From contig JABCTJ010000129.1 in the NCBI GenBank assembly GCA_018238375.1, positions 1 to 50,540 of the forward strand: a stretch of DNA of 50,540 nucleotides, given 5' to 3'. Under the pieces are notes generated by a model. It saw only the letters and a list, made by a program, of their open reading frames with translations. It was not told where the DNA came from and did no database searches. The stretch comes from Candidatus Thorarchaeota archaeon. GTDB taxonomy: Archaea > Asgardarchaeota > Thorarchaeia > Thorarchaeales > Thorarchaeaceae. The translations under genes were made by a program, and so were the position numbers. Shown piece after piece: positions 1-9,050 of this stretch (the stretch's first letter is position 1; every line of letters starts with the position of its first letter).

Positions 1-1255
1 AGAAGACTATCTGCTCGTCTGGGTCCACCATGATAATAGCGTCTAGAGTTGAGTCTGTCACTGCTTGAAGCGCCTTCTCGGCCTTCTTCCGCTCTGAGAT
101 GTCGACGAAGCTCTCAAGTAGGTACTCTCTTTCACCAAGAGTAATTCGACTCACAGTCTTGAGAACAGGTATCTCCACCCCCTCCACAGTTCTCAGGATC
201 CTCTCTGAGTTGTCAACAGTCATTCCGAGATCTAGTATAGGGCATTTGCCCACCTCAGCTGGACATAAGTGCTTATGGCAAACTGTACCAATGAGTTCAT
301 CCCTCGTAAGTCCCATCATCTGGATTGCAGCAGGATTGGCATCGACAATCGTCTGTGTATCGACTTCAATGATCACTATCCCGGATCTCACTGAATCCAG
401 AATGCTTCTTATGCGTTCCTCACTCTCTCGCAGCGCCTGTTCCGTCTTCTTGCGCTCGGTGATGTCTCGGGCCATTCCCAGTAACGCGGTTGGCTTTCCT
501 TCCTTGTCCCTCATGATTGAGTTGTTCATGAACGTGGGAAAGGTTGTGCCATCCCTTCTTTTGTGACCTACTTCGCCTTGGTAAGCTCCTTTCTCAATGA
601 GTTTTTCATTGAAGGGAATGACATCCTGTTCAAGTTGTTCCTTGGTATGGAAGATGCTCAAGCTCTTGCCTATTAGCTCCTTAGGGTCACCGTATCCATG
701 CATCTCGGCCCAAGCGTGATTTATGTACTCAATGACTCCATCCAAGTTAGCGACAGCAATTCCATCACTTGCCTGTTCCGCCACTAGGCTTAGTTTATTC
801 AGTTCTTTCTCAGTACTATTGCGCTCTGTGATGTCCTGTCCAGAGCCGAGTATGCCGTCTATCCGCCCCTTATTGTTTTTCGTAACTGTGTTGTGCCAGG
901 ATATGATTAGCTCCTCGCCGTCCTTGGTTAAAACTGGATTTTCAAAGTACTCCACTGACTCACCCTTGCCCTTCATGAGTTTTCTGAATACATCATAGGA
1001 TTCCTTTCGAAACCTCTTTGGGAGGAAGATTTTGAACCAGTCCTTGCCAATAATTTCGCCATGATCATAGCCCAAGACCTTACGGCACTTGCGGTTGACG
1101 AACACAACAATGCCGTTCGAGTTAAGCGCGACGAACATGACTTCTGCTAGGTCCAAATACTCTCGTGCCTTAAGGAGCTCCTCAAGCTGGGGTTGCTCTG
1201 TAGAAGTTTCTTCTCTTCGAGTACTAGATATCTTCGAATCCTTGTCATCGGACAT
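1..1255 (-). CDS. multi-PAS-domain sensor protein, C-terminal part cut off by the window edge
   Basis: Open minus-strand frame from ATG (1255-1253) to position 2 with no stop in the two stretches I translated codon by codon (1255-1141 and 120-2); the middle was read only by eye. It is absent from the ORF track because it runs off the edge. My translation begins MSDDKDSKISSTRREETSTEQPQLEELLKAREYL. There are at least three PAS-like modules, each ending in the typical linker (GQDITERN, ARDITERKKTEQAL, FVDISERKKAEKAL), and a fourth starts before the edge. The plus-strand ORFs 99-566, 723-998 and 1089-1274 are its Ser/Leu-rich antisense shadows. Confidence 0.8.
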   Translation of the reverse strand, partial: MSDDKDSKISSTRREETSTEQPQLEELLKAREYLDLAEVMFVALNSNGIVVFVNRKCRKVLGYDHGEIIGKDWFKIFLPKRFRKESYDVFRKLMKGKGESVEYFENPVLTKDGEELIISWHNTVTKNNKGRIDGILGSGQDITERNSTEKELNKLSLVAEQASDGIAVANLDGVIEYINHAWAEMHGYGDPKELIGKSLSIFHTKEQLEQDVIPFNEKLIEKGAYQGEVGHKRRDGTTFPTFMNNSIMRDKEGKPTALLGMARDITERKKTEQALRESEERIRSILDSVRSGIVIIEVDTQTIVDANPAAIQMMGLTRDELIGTVCHKHLCPAEVGKCPILDLGMTVDNSERILRTVEGVEIPVLKTVSRITLGEREYLLESFVDISERKKAEKALQAVTDSTLDAIIMVDPDEQIVF

Positions 1256-1459
1256 TCAGTTCTCATTCTCCTAACAATAGAATCCATGCAGCAGCGAAAA
1301 ATGTGTGTTTCCCTCAACAATCGAATTGCGAAGTATCAGCGCCCGCATCAATGTGAAGCCTTGCTCTAGTTGCATTCAGTAACTCCACCTGCGATTCCTA
1401 TTCAGGTTGAAACCTAGATAAACAAATCCATTACTACTCCAAGCATGTATATCGCTCGC

Positions 1460-1475
1460 TGTGAGTTCACTCACA
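1460..1475. repeat. inverted repeat TGTGAGT-tc-ACTCACA (7-bp arms, 2-nt spacer)
   Basis: Read directly. It lies in the 394-bp non-coding spacer (1256-1649) upstream of the PAS sensor gene. Its function is unknown. Confidence 0.5.
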
Positions 1476-1649
1476 CACCAGCTTCCGACCAGAAATGTCA
1501 TTTTACATGCTTGGCAAGTCGCTACCACAAACTGACTCGGTTGAAGCAATGAAGAGGGCAAACATACATGAAACTTGAATCCGCTCGCAGTGCGCTATTA
1601 CTTTCTCTTGAAAAAGTAGCGGAAAGATCTGTGCACAGCATCGCCACTC

Positions 1650-2582
1650 CTAAGTAGATGATTCTGGGAATACTGCGATCAACTTCCTATTCATCGTTTC
1701 CACCAACCCTTTCTCCATGAGGGAGCTCACATGATGCTCGACCATCCATTTCTCGAATTGAAGTAGAACCAAGTCTGAGAGAGGCGGATATATGATTGGG
1801 TTGACAGAAAGTTCATCGATTGTTTCTGCTCCATCCCCTATTGAGTTGAGCACTGCTTCCTCACGTCTGTCGAAATGCTTCTCGTACTCGGAAAGAGCAT
1901 ATCTGTGATCAACAATCAGAGGTTCCTGCAGATGCCCACTGATCATTCCCTTGTAGTCACGCTTCTTCAGCATCTGTATCGATTCTCTGAACTCAGGAAT
2001 GGATGAGTTCTCGTGTCCATAGAATGGGCCAAACCTTGTGCAGTCGATATCAGATGCGAAGATGAGGTTGGGTTCGAGAAATTCTATGCACATATGATCG
2101 GGGAGATGACCTGGCGCATATAGCACGCGGAGAGTAAGGTTCCCCACCGCGAACTTGTCACCGTTTCGTAACTCTTCATCTACTTTTCCCTCCTCTAGGG
2201 CTCCGTACATGCTCCTGTTGACCAGCTCTTCCCACAGGGGTCTGATAGGATGTTCTTTGTGGAACCCAAGGAACTTCTTCATCTCCTCCTTATCATTGAA
2301 GAGCGATGCAGTCATCTCGTTGGCAGCAATTCTACACTTTGAGAGCCTGTGTAGTTTCGTTGCGTGCGTGATATGATCCGGATGAATATGAGTTAGAATG
2401 ACTGTGTCAATGTCGCGGAGCTCGTGATTGTGATTCTTCAGAAGGGATCGCAGCTCTTCGATAGGACAACCCGGGTCTATTACTACGAGTTCCTCAGAGG
2501 TGATGATTACGATAGTATTGCAGAATGGAAAGGAGCCTCCAATTACAACATGAATTCCGTTGCCAACTCCAATCGATCCCAC
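1650..2582 (-). CDS. metallo-beta-lactamase-fold hydrolase
   Basis: 310-aa ORF with a GTG start. It carries the HxHxDH zinc motif (THIHPDHITH), then downstream His (YAPGHLPDH) and Asp/His residues typical of the MBL fold. Confidence 0.85.
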   Translation of the reverse strand: MGSIGVGNGIHVVIGGSFPFCNTIVIITSEELVVIDPGCPIEELRSLLKNHNHELRDIDTVILTHIHPDHITHATKLHRLSKCRIAANEMTASLFNDKEEMKKFLGFHKEHPIRPLWEELVNRSMYGALEEGKVDEELRNGDKFAVGNLTLRVLYAPGHLPDHMCIEFLEPNLIFASDIDCTRFGPFYGHENSSIPEFRESIQMLKKRDYKGMISGHLQEPLIVDHRYALSEYEKHFDRREEAVLNSIGDGAETIDELSVNPIIYPPLSDLVLLQFEKWMVEHHVSSLMEKGLVETMNRKLIAVFPESST

Positions 2583-2659
2583 TTGAACCTAGCCTCATTT
2601 CGGGTCTGTGAAAGCGACAGGTGAGTTTCACCCGTCAATTCATCGAATGGACCAGATAT

Positions 2660-3052
2660 TTATCCGAGTGTAGTCCTCACTTTGACTTCTGCTGCGGCTC
2701 GGACTGCATGACGCCAAGTCCTGAAACTGCTTAACGTCACCGGAATCATTCCAGCTAGGATAAGAAACATCAGCAGCAGAGTGTTTACGACAGGAACTGT
2801 ATTCGCGATGGCTTCTCCAATCGCTAACAAGTCCCACCACACTCCTATCAGGAGAAGCAACGTTGCGGGGATTAAGAGAATTGTGAGTATAAAGAACGAG
2901 AAAAAGGCTCTTCCAGCTGATGCTTGTATGAACCTGGCGAACACGCCCAATTGAGGGTGCTTTTGCCAGCGGCTCCCTTCCTGCACGATCCAGAAAATGA
3001 GGAACAGCAGCACTATCATGAAAAATGGTATTAGCGACAATTCGAAGTACAT
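2660..3052 (-). CDS. small integral membrane protein (about 4 TM helices)
   Basis: 130-aa ORF with strongly hydrophobic helices (LIPFFMIVLLFLIFWIV, FFSFFILTILLIPATLLLLIGVWW, LLLMFLILAGMIPV). I preferred it over the overlapping 2640-3122 ORF, which has low-complexity non-protein-like composition. Confidence 0.5.
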   Translation of the reverse strand: MYFELSLIPFFMIVLLFLIFWIVQEGSRWQKHPQLGVFARFIQASAGRAFFSFFILTILLIPATLLLLIGVWWDLLAIGEAIANTVPVVNTLLLMFLILAGMIPVTLSSFRTWRHAVRAAAEVKVRTTLG

Positions 3053-3252
3053 TGCTGGATACTCCCTGTAGTTTGAAACTCACTGTTTTGGTCGTGCCTA
3101 TAAAGGCTATGGTTGCTAGCATTGGAAATCTTGCCCCCGTAATGGTACGCGTTTATCCATAGAATCGCATTTGGAGTTCGGTTTTCATTTGCATTGTCCT
3201 GTTCGTTAGACCTATATCCTCAGTTTCAATTGTCAAACTTGGTGTCTGATGC

Positions 3253-3837
3253 ATGAGAAGTATTTGGTTCAGCAAGAAAGCATTCTTCTATTTCGGAGGA
3301 GTGTTCATAATCATTCTAGGTGGGGCAATTGTCTATTCGGCTCCATATCATGCGATGGGTTACATAGCAATGGTCGGTAATCGAGGTTCATTCAGCATTT
3401 GGGACGAAGCTAGGTTCTACCCCCAACTTGAAGTCTGGATATCAGTGCGGCCGTTCAATACCACGCTTGTTAGCGTAGACATTACGATATTGAACAACGA
3501 TACATTTGACGTGCATACCATTAACATGACCTTAACAGCTGAGCATTACATTCCGGACACCAACCCTCCTGTTTACGAAAACACAATCGTAGTTGATCTT
3601 GATCCTGGGAACTACACACTTACACTTGACCGTCTCGATGGCGCAGGTTTTGCGGACATAGGCCTTACCCAGTTTAGTGACATGCGTAGCTGGGTTATCA
3701 CTGGAGGTACAATGAACATCGTTGGTTTCATCATGGTTGTCATTGGATTCTTCTTGTCCGGACGGATGCTTCCTACCGGGGACGAGAGTATTGTTGAGTG
3801 GGGATACGAAAGAAAGGACGAATACGTGACTTCGTGA
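3253..3837 (+). CDS. hypothetical membrane-anchored protein (N- and C-terminal TM helices, extracytoplasmic middle with NxT sequons)
   Basis: 194-aa ORF. N-terminal TM is FFYFGGVFIIILGGAIVY and C-terminal TM is IVGFIMVVIGFFL. I recognise no family. Confidence 0.6.
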   Translation: MRSIWFSKKAFFYFGGVFIIILGGAIVYSAPYHAMGYIAMVGNRGSFSIWDEARFYPQLEVWISVRPFNTTLVSVDITILNNDTFDVHTINMTLTAEHYIPDTNPPVYENTIVVDLDPGNYTLTLDRLDGAGFADIGLTQFSDMRSWVITGGTMNIVGFIMVVIGFFLSGRMLPTGDESIVEWGYERKDEYVTS

Positions 3838-3892
3838 ATTGTTATCTATCAATTGCCGATGTTATGTACCAAAATATGTGTGCGTAACAAAG

Positions 3893-3903
3893 TATATATT
3901 TAA
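3893..3903 (+). promoter_or_regulatory. putative archaeal TATA box (TATATATTTAA) for the 3931 gene
   Basis: A/T-rich element centred about 34 nt upstream of ATG 3931 and preceded by a purine-rich AACAAAG. This is consistent with a BRE/TATA promoter and a very short 5' UTR. Confidence 0.35.
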
Positions 3904-3930
3904 GCTGACGATGCTGCCTGTTGAACTGTA

Positions 3931-4275
3931 ATGCCATTCGCAAGTTTCAACCCCTCTATACATCGCGTTGGTCACATTAACGCCATGGCTCGAATTGTTA
4001 GTGAGCTTAGAAATGGCGTTCCGATGTCGATTGGAGAATTATCACAGAAGCTCGACATTGATCGACGTACTGTGGGTCGGGTAATTGATGTCCTGCTTGA
4101 TATCCAAGAGACCTTCAATTCACAATCCATTACAACGGAGAAGATAGGGCGACGGTTCCTCGTGGCTTTCAAGGAACGAGGGTCCGCGATTCGTGAGAGT
4201 CTCAAATTGGCTACTCAGGTCGTGCGAAGAAATTCACAGTTCGGTCTATGGAGCTTTCTGAAGCGCAAGGAGTGA
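3931..4275 (+). CDS. small winged-helix/HTH DNA-binding protein (putative transcriptional regulator)
   Basis: 114-aa ORF. The segment MSIGELSQKLDIDRRTVGRVIDVLLDIQE looks like a helix-turn-helix recognition unit. Confidence 0.5.
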   Translation: MPFASFNPSIHRVGHINAMARIVSELRNGVPMSIGELSQKLDIDRRTVGRVIDVLLDIQETFNSQSITTEKIGRRFLVAFKERGSAIRESLKLATQVVRRNSQFGLWSFLKRKE

Positions 4276-4280
4276 ACGCC

Positions 4281-4811
4281 ATGTCGAAGATATTTGGATA
4301 TCTACTCGCCGCCATACTTGTCGTACTTGCCGCCTCAACTACATACTTGCTTTGGACAATGGCAGGTTGGAGAGTGGGTGTGCAAATTGCTGCTATCCTG
4401 GTAGTTGGCGCCATTGGAGAACACTATATTTCGGGACAGGGGTATTACCATTATACGAAATCAAAAACCAATGGTTTCTTTGTAGGACGGGTGCCCCTAT
4501 GGATTCCGTTCATGTGGGTTTTTGCAGTTCAAGGCACATTGGTGTTTTCACTAATGATGGGGTTACCCGCAGCTGGTGCTATCTTGGGTTCTGGGCTGCT
4601 AGGGGCTGTTCTGGACCTAGTGGTAATTGAGCCAGTCCTTAGTCGGGAACGAGCTTTATGGACTTGGACTCCGGTGGAAAACGGGTATTTGGGATTCCTT
4701 CCTGCTCAGGTTGATCGATTCACTGCACCTCCAGGCAACTATCTTGTCTGGCTTCTCTTTCCTGCTGTTGCTAACTGGCTTCTATACGGATTGATGATAC
4801 TCTTCCCATGA
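4281..4811 (+). CDS. integral membrane protein (multi-TM), family not recognised
   Basis: The track ORF starts at 4248, but ATG 4281 is preceded by AAGGAG (4267-4272) and follows the upstream stop (4273-4275). It has several hydrophobic helices. It could belong to a DUF422-like carotenoid-associated membrane family, but I cannot support that. Confidence 0.6.
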   Translation: MSKIFGYLLAAILVVLAASTTYLLWTMAGWRVGVQIAAILVVGAIGEHYISGQGYYHYTKSKTNGFFVGRVPLWIPFMWVFAVQGTLVFSLMMGLPAAGAILGSGLLGAVLDLVVIEPVLSRERALWTWTPVENGYLGFLPAQVDRFTAPPGNYLVWLLFPAVANWLLYGLMILFP

Positions 4812-4943
4812 TTTGCAGACGTTAAATAGCAGCAGCCAGACGGTAGCTCAGTCATTTGTAAACCGAGTGTATGTTACCTCGGAATTGCTCCCGTCTTACA
4901 CACGCTCTTCAATGGGATTCGTTCTTCATGTTGATGAGCACTT

Positions 4944-5162
4944 ATGACGGATGAGAAGATGAAATGGCTTCTGAAGAACAAGCTTGTTTGCGACTTCAGG
5001 GGCTTTCCCATAGGGCGCGTGAAGAAAGTCTGGTATGATGAAGGAAGTGGACCGTTTGTTATCGTGGAGCGAAACAGTCGGCAGTGGGAATCAATACCGC
5101 TAAGGGCCATCCATTCCGTACAAGAAGAAATTCGTCTTAAGCCCCCCATATTCGCTGAGTGA
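4944..5162 (+). CDS. small hypothetical protein (possible PRC-barrel-like)
   Basis: 72-aa ORF with balanced composition. The segment GFPIGRVKKVWYDEGSGPFVIVE is reminiscent of PRC-barrel proteins. Support is weak. Confidence 0.4.
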   Translation: MTDEKMKWLLKNKLVCDFRGFPIGRVKKVWYDEGSGPFVIVERNSRQWESIPLRAIHSVQEEIRLKPPIFAE

Positions 5163-5280
5163 GGGACTTGCAATCATGCGGAGTTCCTATTCTTGACGGG
5201 ATTATATCATCAAAGCCGGACATCAAGCGTAGCGTCAAACTACGCAATTTGTCAATTACTGCAGTAAGGAGAATGACCAA

Positions 5281-5634
5281 ATGACACACCGAAGTCGTAC
5301 ACGGGACTGGTTGGATAATTCTCAAGTTGATAAATCCCAAACGCGCAGTAATGCAATCAAGATAACTGTCTTCACAAGTGACCACTGCGGTTTCTGTAGT
5401 CATGCAGTGGAATTAGTGAAAGAGGCGACCCGAGATTTAAGCTATGGCGCGGACATTTTTGAAGTAGTTGAATCACGAATAGAAACACATTTGGATCGTA
5501 TCGAATCTGAGAGCATTATTGCTGTGCCAACAATTGTGGTGGGCAAGTCACGCATCATCGGCATTCCTAAGATAGAAGATGTCCGCGAGCTCATTCATGG
5601 TGCCATGCTCACCCATCGTATTGATGACACTTGA
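5281..5634 (+). CDS. glutaredoxin/thioredoxin-fold protein with CxxC
   Basis: ITVFTSDHCGFCSHAVELV (CGFC active-site-like motif after a beta strand) plus the cis-Pro region AVPTIVVG, typical of small glutaredoxin-like proteins. The N-terminal 25 aa are polar, so the start is uncertain. Confidence 0.7.
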   Translation: MTHRSRTRDWLDNSQVDKSQTRSNAIKITVFTSDHCGFCSHAVELVKEATRDLSYGADIFEVVESRIETHLDRIESESIIAVPTIVVGKSRIIGIPKIEDVRELIHGAMLTHRIDDT

Positions 5635-5688
5635 AAATGGACAAGACACAGGGTTGATTCGTTAAGGCCCTGCGTGCGGCTTGGCTTA

Positions 5689-6435
5689 CTAGAGGCGCAG
5701 GATGTCCTTGGCGTTGCCTTTCGTAATGATTTGATTGGTTTCTACATTCAGGTGTATCATATTCAGCACAGCTCTTAGGTCGCCGTACTCGGTATAATGC
5801 TCTGAACCAAAAACTAGTCTCCTGACACCGATATCTTGAACAAGAGCATCAAGGAAAACCTTCAATGGTGACTCGACCAGCTTGATCAATGTCACTGACA
5901 CCTCTAGCCAGACATTGCTCCTAGCCACTAATGGCAATAACTTGGGGAAACCGAAGAGTCCACCCATATGGAGCACAACGAATCTGCCATCTGGATACAT
6001 CTGCGATGCTCGATCCAAAAATGTAATCGTATCGTTGGTCATCTCAGCATTATGCAGATAGACAGCTAGATTGGCTTCAACAGATGCCTGTAGCAGCGCG
6101 TAGGCTGCAGGATCTAGAGGGTGATACAGTCTGTCATCGAAAATGACTGCTTTGCATCCTTCATCAGCGTAGTGTGCAACCATTTTCCGTGCGTTGTTTA
6201 GTGGTCTTGGAATAATCGCACAGGCGCTCATCAGTCTATCGGGGTTCATAGAGGCAGCTGCAACATGGAGGTCATTATCGTAGTTGGGCGATGTCGGACA
6301 CACAACCGCTTTTTTGATTCCGTGTAAGTCCATGTGTCGGATGAGTTCATCAACATGGTTCTTCAATGTGTGGTCACTGACATCATCAGCTTCCATTCGT
6401 GTACTTCCCAGATGCGTGTGGATGTCGATGGTCAC
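5689..6435 (-). CDS. metal-dependent amidohydrolase (TIM-barrel, amidohydrolase_2-like)
   Basis: 248-aa ORF with a GTG start. The N-terminal IDIHTHLG motif and later VLHMGG and FGSEH segments are typical of this superfamily. Confidence 0.8.
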   Translation of the reverse strand: MTIDIHTHLGSTRMEADDVSDHTLKNHVDELIRHMDLHGIKKAVVCPTSPNYDNDLHVAAASMNPDRLMSACAIIPRPLNNARKMVAHYADEGCKAVIFDDRLYHPLDPAAYALLQASVEANLAVYLHNAEMTNDTITFLDRASQMYPDGRFVVLHMGGLFGFPKLLPLVARSNVWLEVSVTLIKLVESPLKVFLDALVQDIGVRRLVFGSEHYTEYGDLRAVLNMIHLNVETNQIITKGNAKDILRL

Positions 6436-6529
6436 CGTATAACCCCGTTGCAGTTTCGTGTGTTATGCTAATCACTTCCTGTAATATTGTTTCTTGGGTT
6501 AAACATCATCTCTAAATACTACTCCAATA

Positions 6530-7162
6530 ATGCTAGTTCGGATTACTTTGGCAGAGAAGGAGAATCGAACGAATCTGGAGTGGCACCTAAAGCAGATATC
6601 GCGCGCGGTCAATCTAGACAAGTTTATGCTCATGGAGTATTTGGGTCCGGTAGTTGATGGCTGCAGAGCGGCATTTAAGGTAAGCATTGAGCGTGCTCGC
6701 GATATTCATAAGTTGCCTGAGTCGGAATTCGAAAAACACATGAATGCAACCGAGCATTCGTTCAGAGATCTGACGATTTGCTTCAAGGCTACGGATGCTG
6801 ATGAACTCCTGTCTATTGTTTTTAATAATGGAGTAACCAGCATTCATGACGAATGCGTAGAACCAGATGTTGTTGTTTCGGGAACTATGAACCATCTGAC
6901 AGACATAATGAACATTGACTCGCGCATTTCTCCCACAGATGTCATCGGCGTATCAGTTCAAATAACTGGCGTTGAATCTGCTGACGTGGTTGAGGCCTTA
7001 GGATTTCTCTGCTTTCCTTCTCTTCTTAAGATGGCTCGATCGGGAGTTGACCCGTCCTCTCTGCTATCTGAGGATGCCGACTCGATAATAATTGCAGCAG
7101 CATCCAATCTTGTAACACAAATGGTACGCAAGTGGGTTGATGCTCAGCTGGAACAACATTGA
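6530..7162 (+). CDS. hypothetical protein (C-terminal half possibly SCP2-like)
   Basis: 210-aa ORF with protein-like composition. There is only a weak resemblance of VVVSGTMNHLTDIMN...VQITG...ALGFL to SCP2 lipid-binding domains. Confidence 0.5.
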   Translation: MLVRITLAEKENRTNLEWHLKQISRAVNLDKFMLMEYLGPVVDGCRAAFKVSIERARDIHKLPESEFEKHMNATEHSFRDLTICFKATDADELLSIVFNNGVTSIHDECVEPDVVVSGTMNHLTDIMNIDSRISPTDVIGVSVQITGVESADVVEALGFLCFPSLLKMARSGVDPSSLLSEDADSIIIAAASNLVTQMVRKWVDAQLEQH

Positions 7163-7184
7163 CCTCTACACTGCTATCCGATTT

Positions 7185-8333
7185 CTAGATGCCATGATAT
7201 GGGAAGATCAGCTCCTCGATACGTCTGAATACTCTATCAAGGTCCAGAGTGACCTGTTCCTGAGAGAAGTATTGCTGGATTACTTGCTGCTCATCCCTCA
7301 TTGTTTCCGGGAATTCATTGTATCCCCGCATTTTACATTCTTGCTTGAATTCGTCTGGCAAGTATCTTGGCACATCCTCGTCTAACATGATGGCTAGAAA
7401 AAGAGTCCAGAGTCTCGCGACATTCACAGGATGATATCCGCCCCCACCTACAGCTAGCCAACCGACATCGCAGATGTCTTCGGATAACTTCTTGATACGT
7501 TTGAGGCTGGTTTCGTATCCTTGACTAGTGTAGGCTAAGTGTGCCAATGGATCGAGGAAATGTCCGTCTACTCCAAGTTGAGTGACAAGTAGATTGGGTT
7601 GAAACGATTCAAAGAGCGGCATAACGACCTCTTCGACAATCCGTATCAGTTCAGGGGTTCCTGTTCCCGGAAGCACCGGCACGTTTACAGAATGGCCAAT
7701 GCCTTCTCCACCGCCAATTTCATACACGAAGCCTGTACCTGGGAATAGAGTCTTGCCAGTCTGATGTGCGGAGATTGTAAGAACGTCCTTCGACCTGTAG
7801 AACGCATTCTGAACCCCATCACCATGATGAGCGTCAAAAATATCGAGGTAGAGCACTCTACTTGGCTTCTTCTTTTGAAGGTACATCACTGCTGTCACAA
7901 CGTCATTGAAGATGCAGAAGCCGGAAGCCTCACTTCTATGAGCGTGATGAAGTCCGCCTGAAATGCAGAACGCATTGGATGCTCCTTTTACTATCTCCTT
8001 CATTCCATCGAGGGTTGCTCCGACATATCTTGCCCCCGCATCGTAGATTCTGGGAAATGTAGGATTATCCGCGATCCCTAAACCGTATTTTGCATTGATG
8101 CGGTCGCTTTCGCCACACTCCACAACAGCATCTATAAAATCAGGAGTATGAAACATCTCCAGGTCCGCTCTCTCTGCGACTGTAGGCTCGATTAATTGTA
8201 CCTTATCCATGAGTCCGAGCTGTTCTGATAGCAGATGAGTCAGCTTCAACCTGTCGGGCGTTAGTGGGTGTTCTTTCTTGAACTTGTATTGAAGCAAGGC
8301 ATCTGAGTACGGGTAGACAAGCTTTCCTTTCAT
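7185..8333 (-). CDS. histone deacetylase-family enzyme (AcuC/acetoin utilization-type lysine or polyamine deacetylase)
   Basis: 382 aa. Motifs seen are SGGLHHAHRSEASGFCIFND, DIFDAHHGDGVQNAF and the GGGGY glycine loop, all classical zinc-HDAC motifs. Confidence 0.9.
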   Translation of the reverse strand: MKGKLVYPYSDALLQYKFKKEHPLTPDRLKLTHLLSEQLGLMDKVQLIEPTVAERADLEMFHTPDFIDAVVECGESDRINAKYGLGIADNPTFPRIYDAGARYVGATLDGMKEIVKGASNAFCISGGLHHAHRSEASGFCIFNDVVTAVMYLQKKKPSRVLYLDIFDAHHGDGVQNAFYRSKDVLTISAHQTGKTLFPGTGFVYEIGGGEGIGHSVNVPVLPGTGTPELIRIVEEVVMPLFESFQPNLLVTQLGVDGHFLDPLAHLAYTSQGYETSLKRIKKLSEDICDVGWLAVGGGGYHPVNVARLWTLFLAIMLDEDVPRYLPDEFKQECKMRGYNEFPETMRDEQQVIQQYFSQEQVTLDLDRVFRRIEELIFPYHGI

Positions 8334-8386
8334 CGTGGTTTCCTACTAAGAGGGGTTTCGCCTATTTCTTACTAAGTAGGTGTGCT

Positions 8387-8926
8387 TCATAAGAACTCGC
8401 GAAGCAACATTCCAACTATGCTCCCCAACAATGATGCGAGAAATACGAAGAGGACATAAACTGAGGCTACAACAGTTGCACTCAGGAGGAAATCAGCGAG
8501 GCTAGCAGGTTGTAGGAAAGAGCTAGGGATTACAATGAACCCCACGATGAGCACTGTGAAGAATATGGCTGTAAGCACTGCGCCTCCTATTGCCCTTCCC
8601 GTATTTGCCATCAAAAGGCCCACAGGAATAGCAGCGAATAATGGAATGACAAACATGTAGACTGAAGATTCCTCCAGAATCCCGACTATAATCCAAGAGA
8701 AAATATTCGCATCTATAAGAGCAACAAGAAGAGGTATCATAATTAAGAGTAGATTATCCCGGCTAGTTTCTTTCATTGTCACGCCGAAAAACTTGACTAT
8801 GGGTACAGGACGTTTTCCTCTTTTCCTACGGGGTTCAGGACTGGGGGGAAGTGGCTTCATAATGCCCGGCATTACATCTTCAACTTGATCGGGGTCTTCC
8901 ACTCTATACTTCGTTTCCTCGTCCAT
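8387..8926 (-). CDS. integral membrane protein with a basic/Pro-rich cytoplasmic N-terminus
   Basis: 179 aa. The N-terminal 50 aa are polar (PPSPEPRRKRGKRP) and are followed by 4-5 hydrophobic helices. Confidence 0.6.
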   Translation of the reverse strand: MDEETKYRVEDPDQVEDVMPGIMKPLPPSPEPRRKRGKRPVPIVKFFGVTMKETSRDNLLLIMIPLLVALIDANIFSWIIVGILEESSVYMFVIPLFAAIPVGLLMANTGRAIGGAVLTAIFFTVLIVGFIVIPSSFLQPASLADFLLSATVVASVYVLFVFLASLLGSIVGMLLREFL

Positions 8927-9050
8927 TATTCTTCCTCGGGTTGAAGTTCTTGTAGCACCCAGAATAAAGTCTTCGCATCACGCAACTCGTGTGTGACCGC
9001 AAGTGCTATCAATACATTGGATAAGTTCCAAGTAGAAGGGTGTTCTTGAC

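Noticed and set aside
99-1274. Plus-strand ORFs 99-566, 723-998 and 1089-1274 from the track.
   Set aside because: They have Ser/Leu/Arg-rich, motif-free translations. The opposite strand reads as PAS-domain protein in the stretches I translated codon by codon (1255-1141 and 120-2) and by eye in between. These are antisense shadow ORFs.
2640-3122. 160-aa minus-strand ORF overlapping the 2660-3052 ORF in another frame.
   Set aside because: Its composition is low-complexity (S/R/V-rich) with no helices or motifs. The alternative frame gives a coherent multi-TM protein. Only one can be real, and confidence in either is moderate.
4825-4900. tRNA-like string GGTAGCTCAGTC and nested stems (AGACGG...CCGTCT, CCGAG...CTCGG) in the 4812-4943 spacer. 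There is also a UGAUGA (C-box-like) at about 4930.
   Set aside because: There is no matching D-stem closure (GAGC), no T-loop (GTTCRAATC), and no acceptor stem on either strand. The C-box-like hexamer lacks a properly spaced D box (CUGA) and terminal stem. It is more likely a terminator-like or UTR structure. An Infernal/tRNAscan run would settle it.
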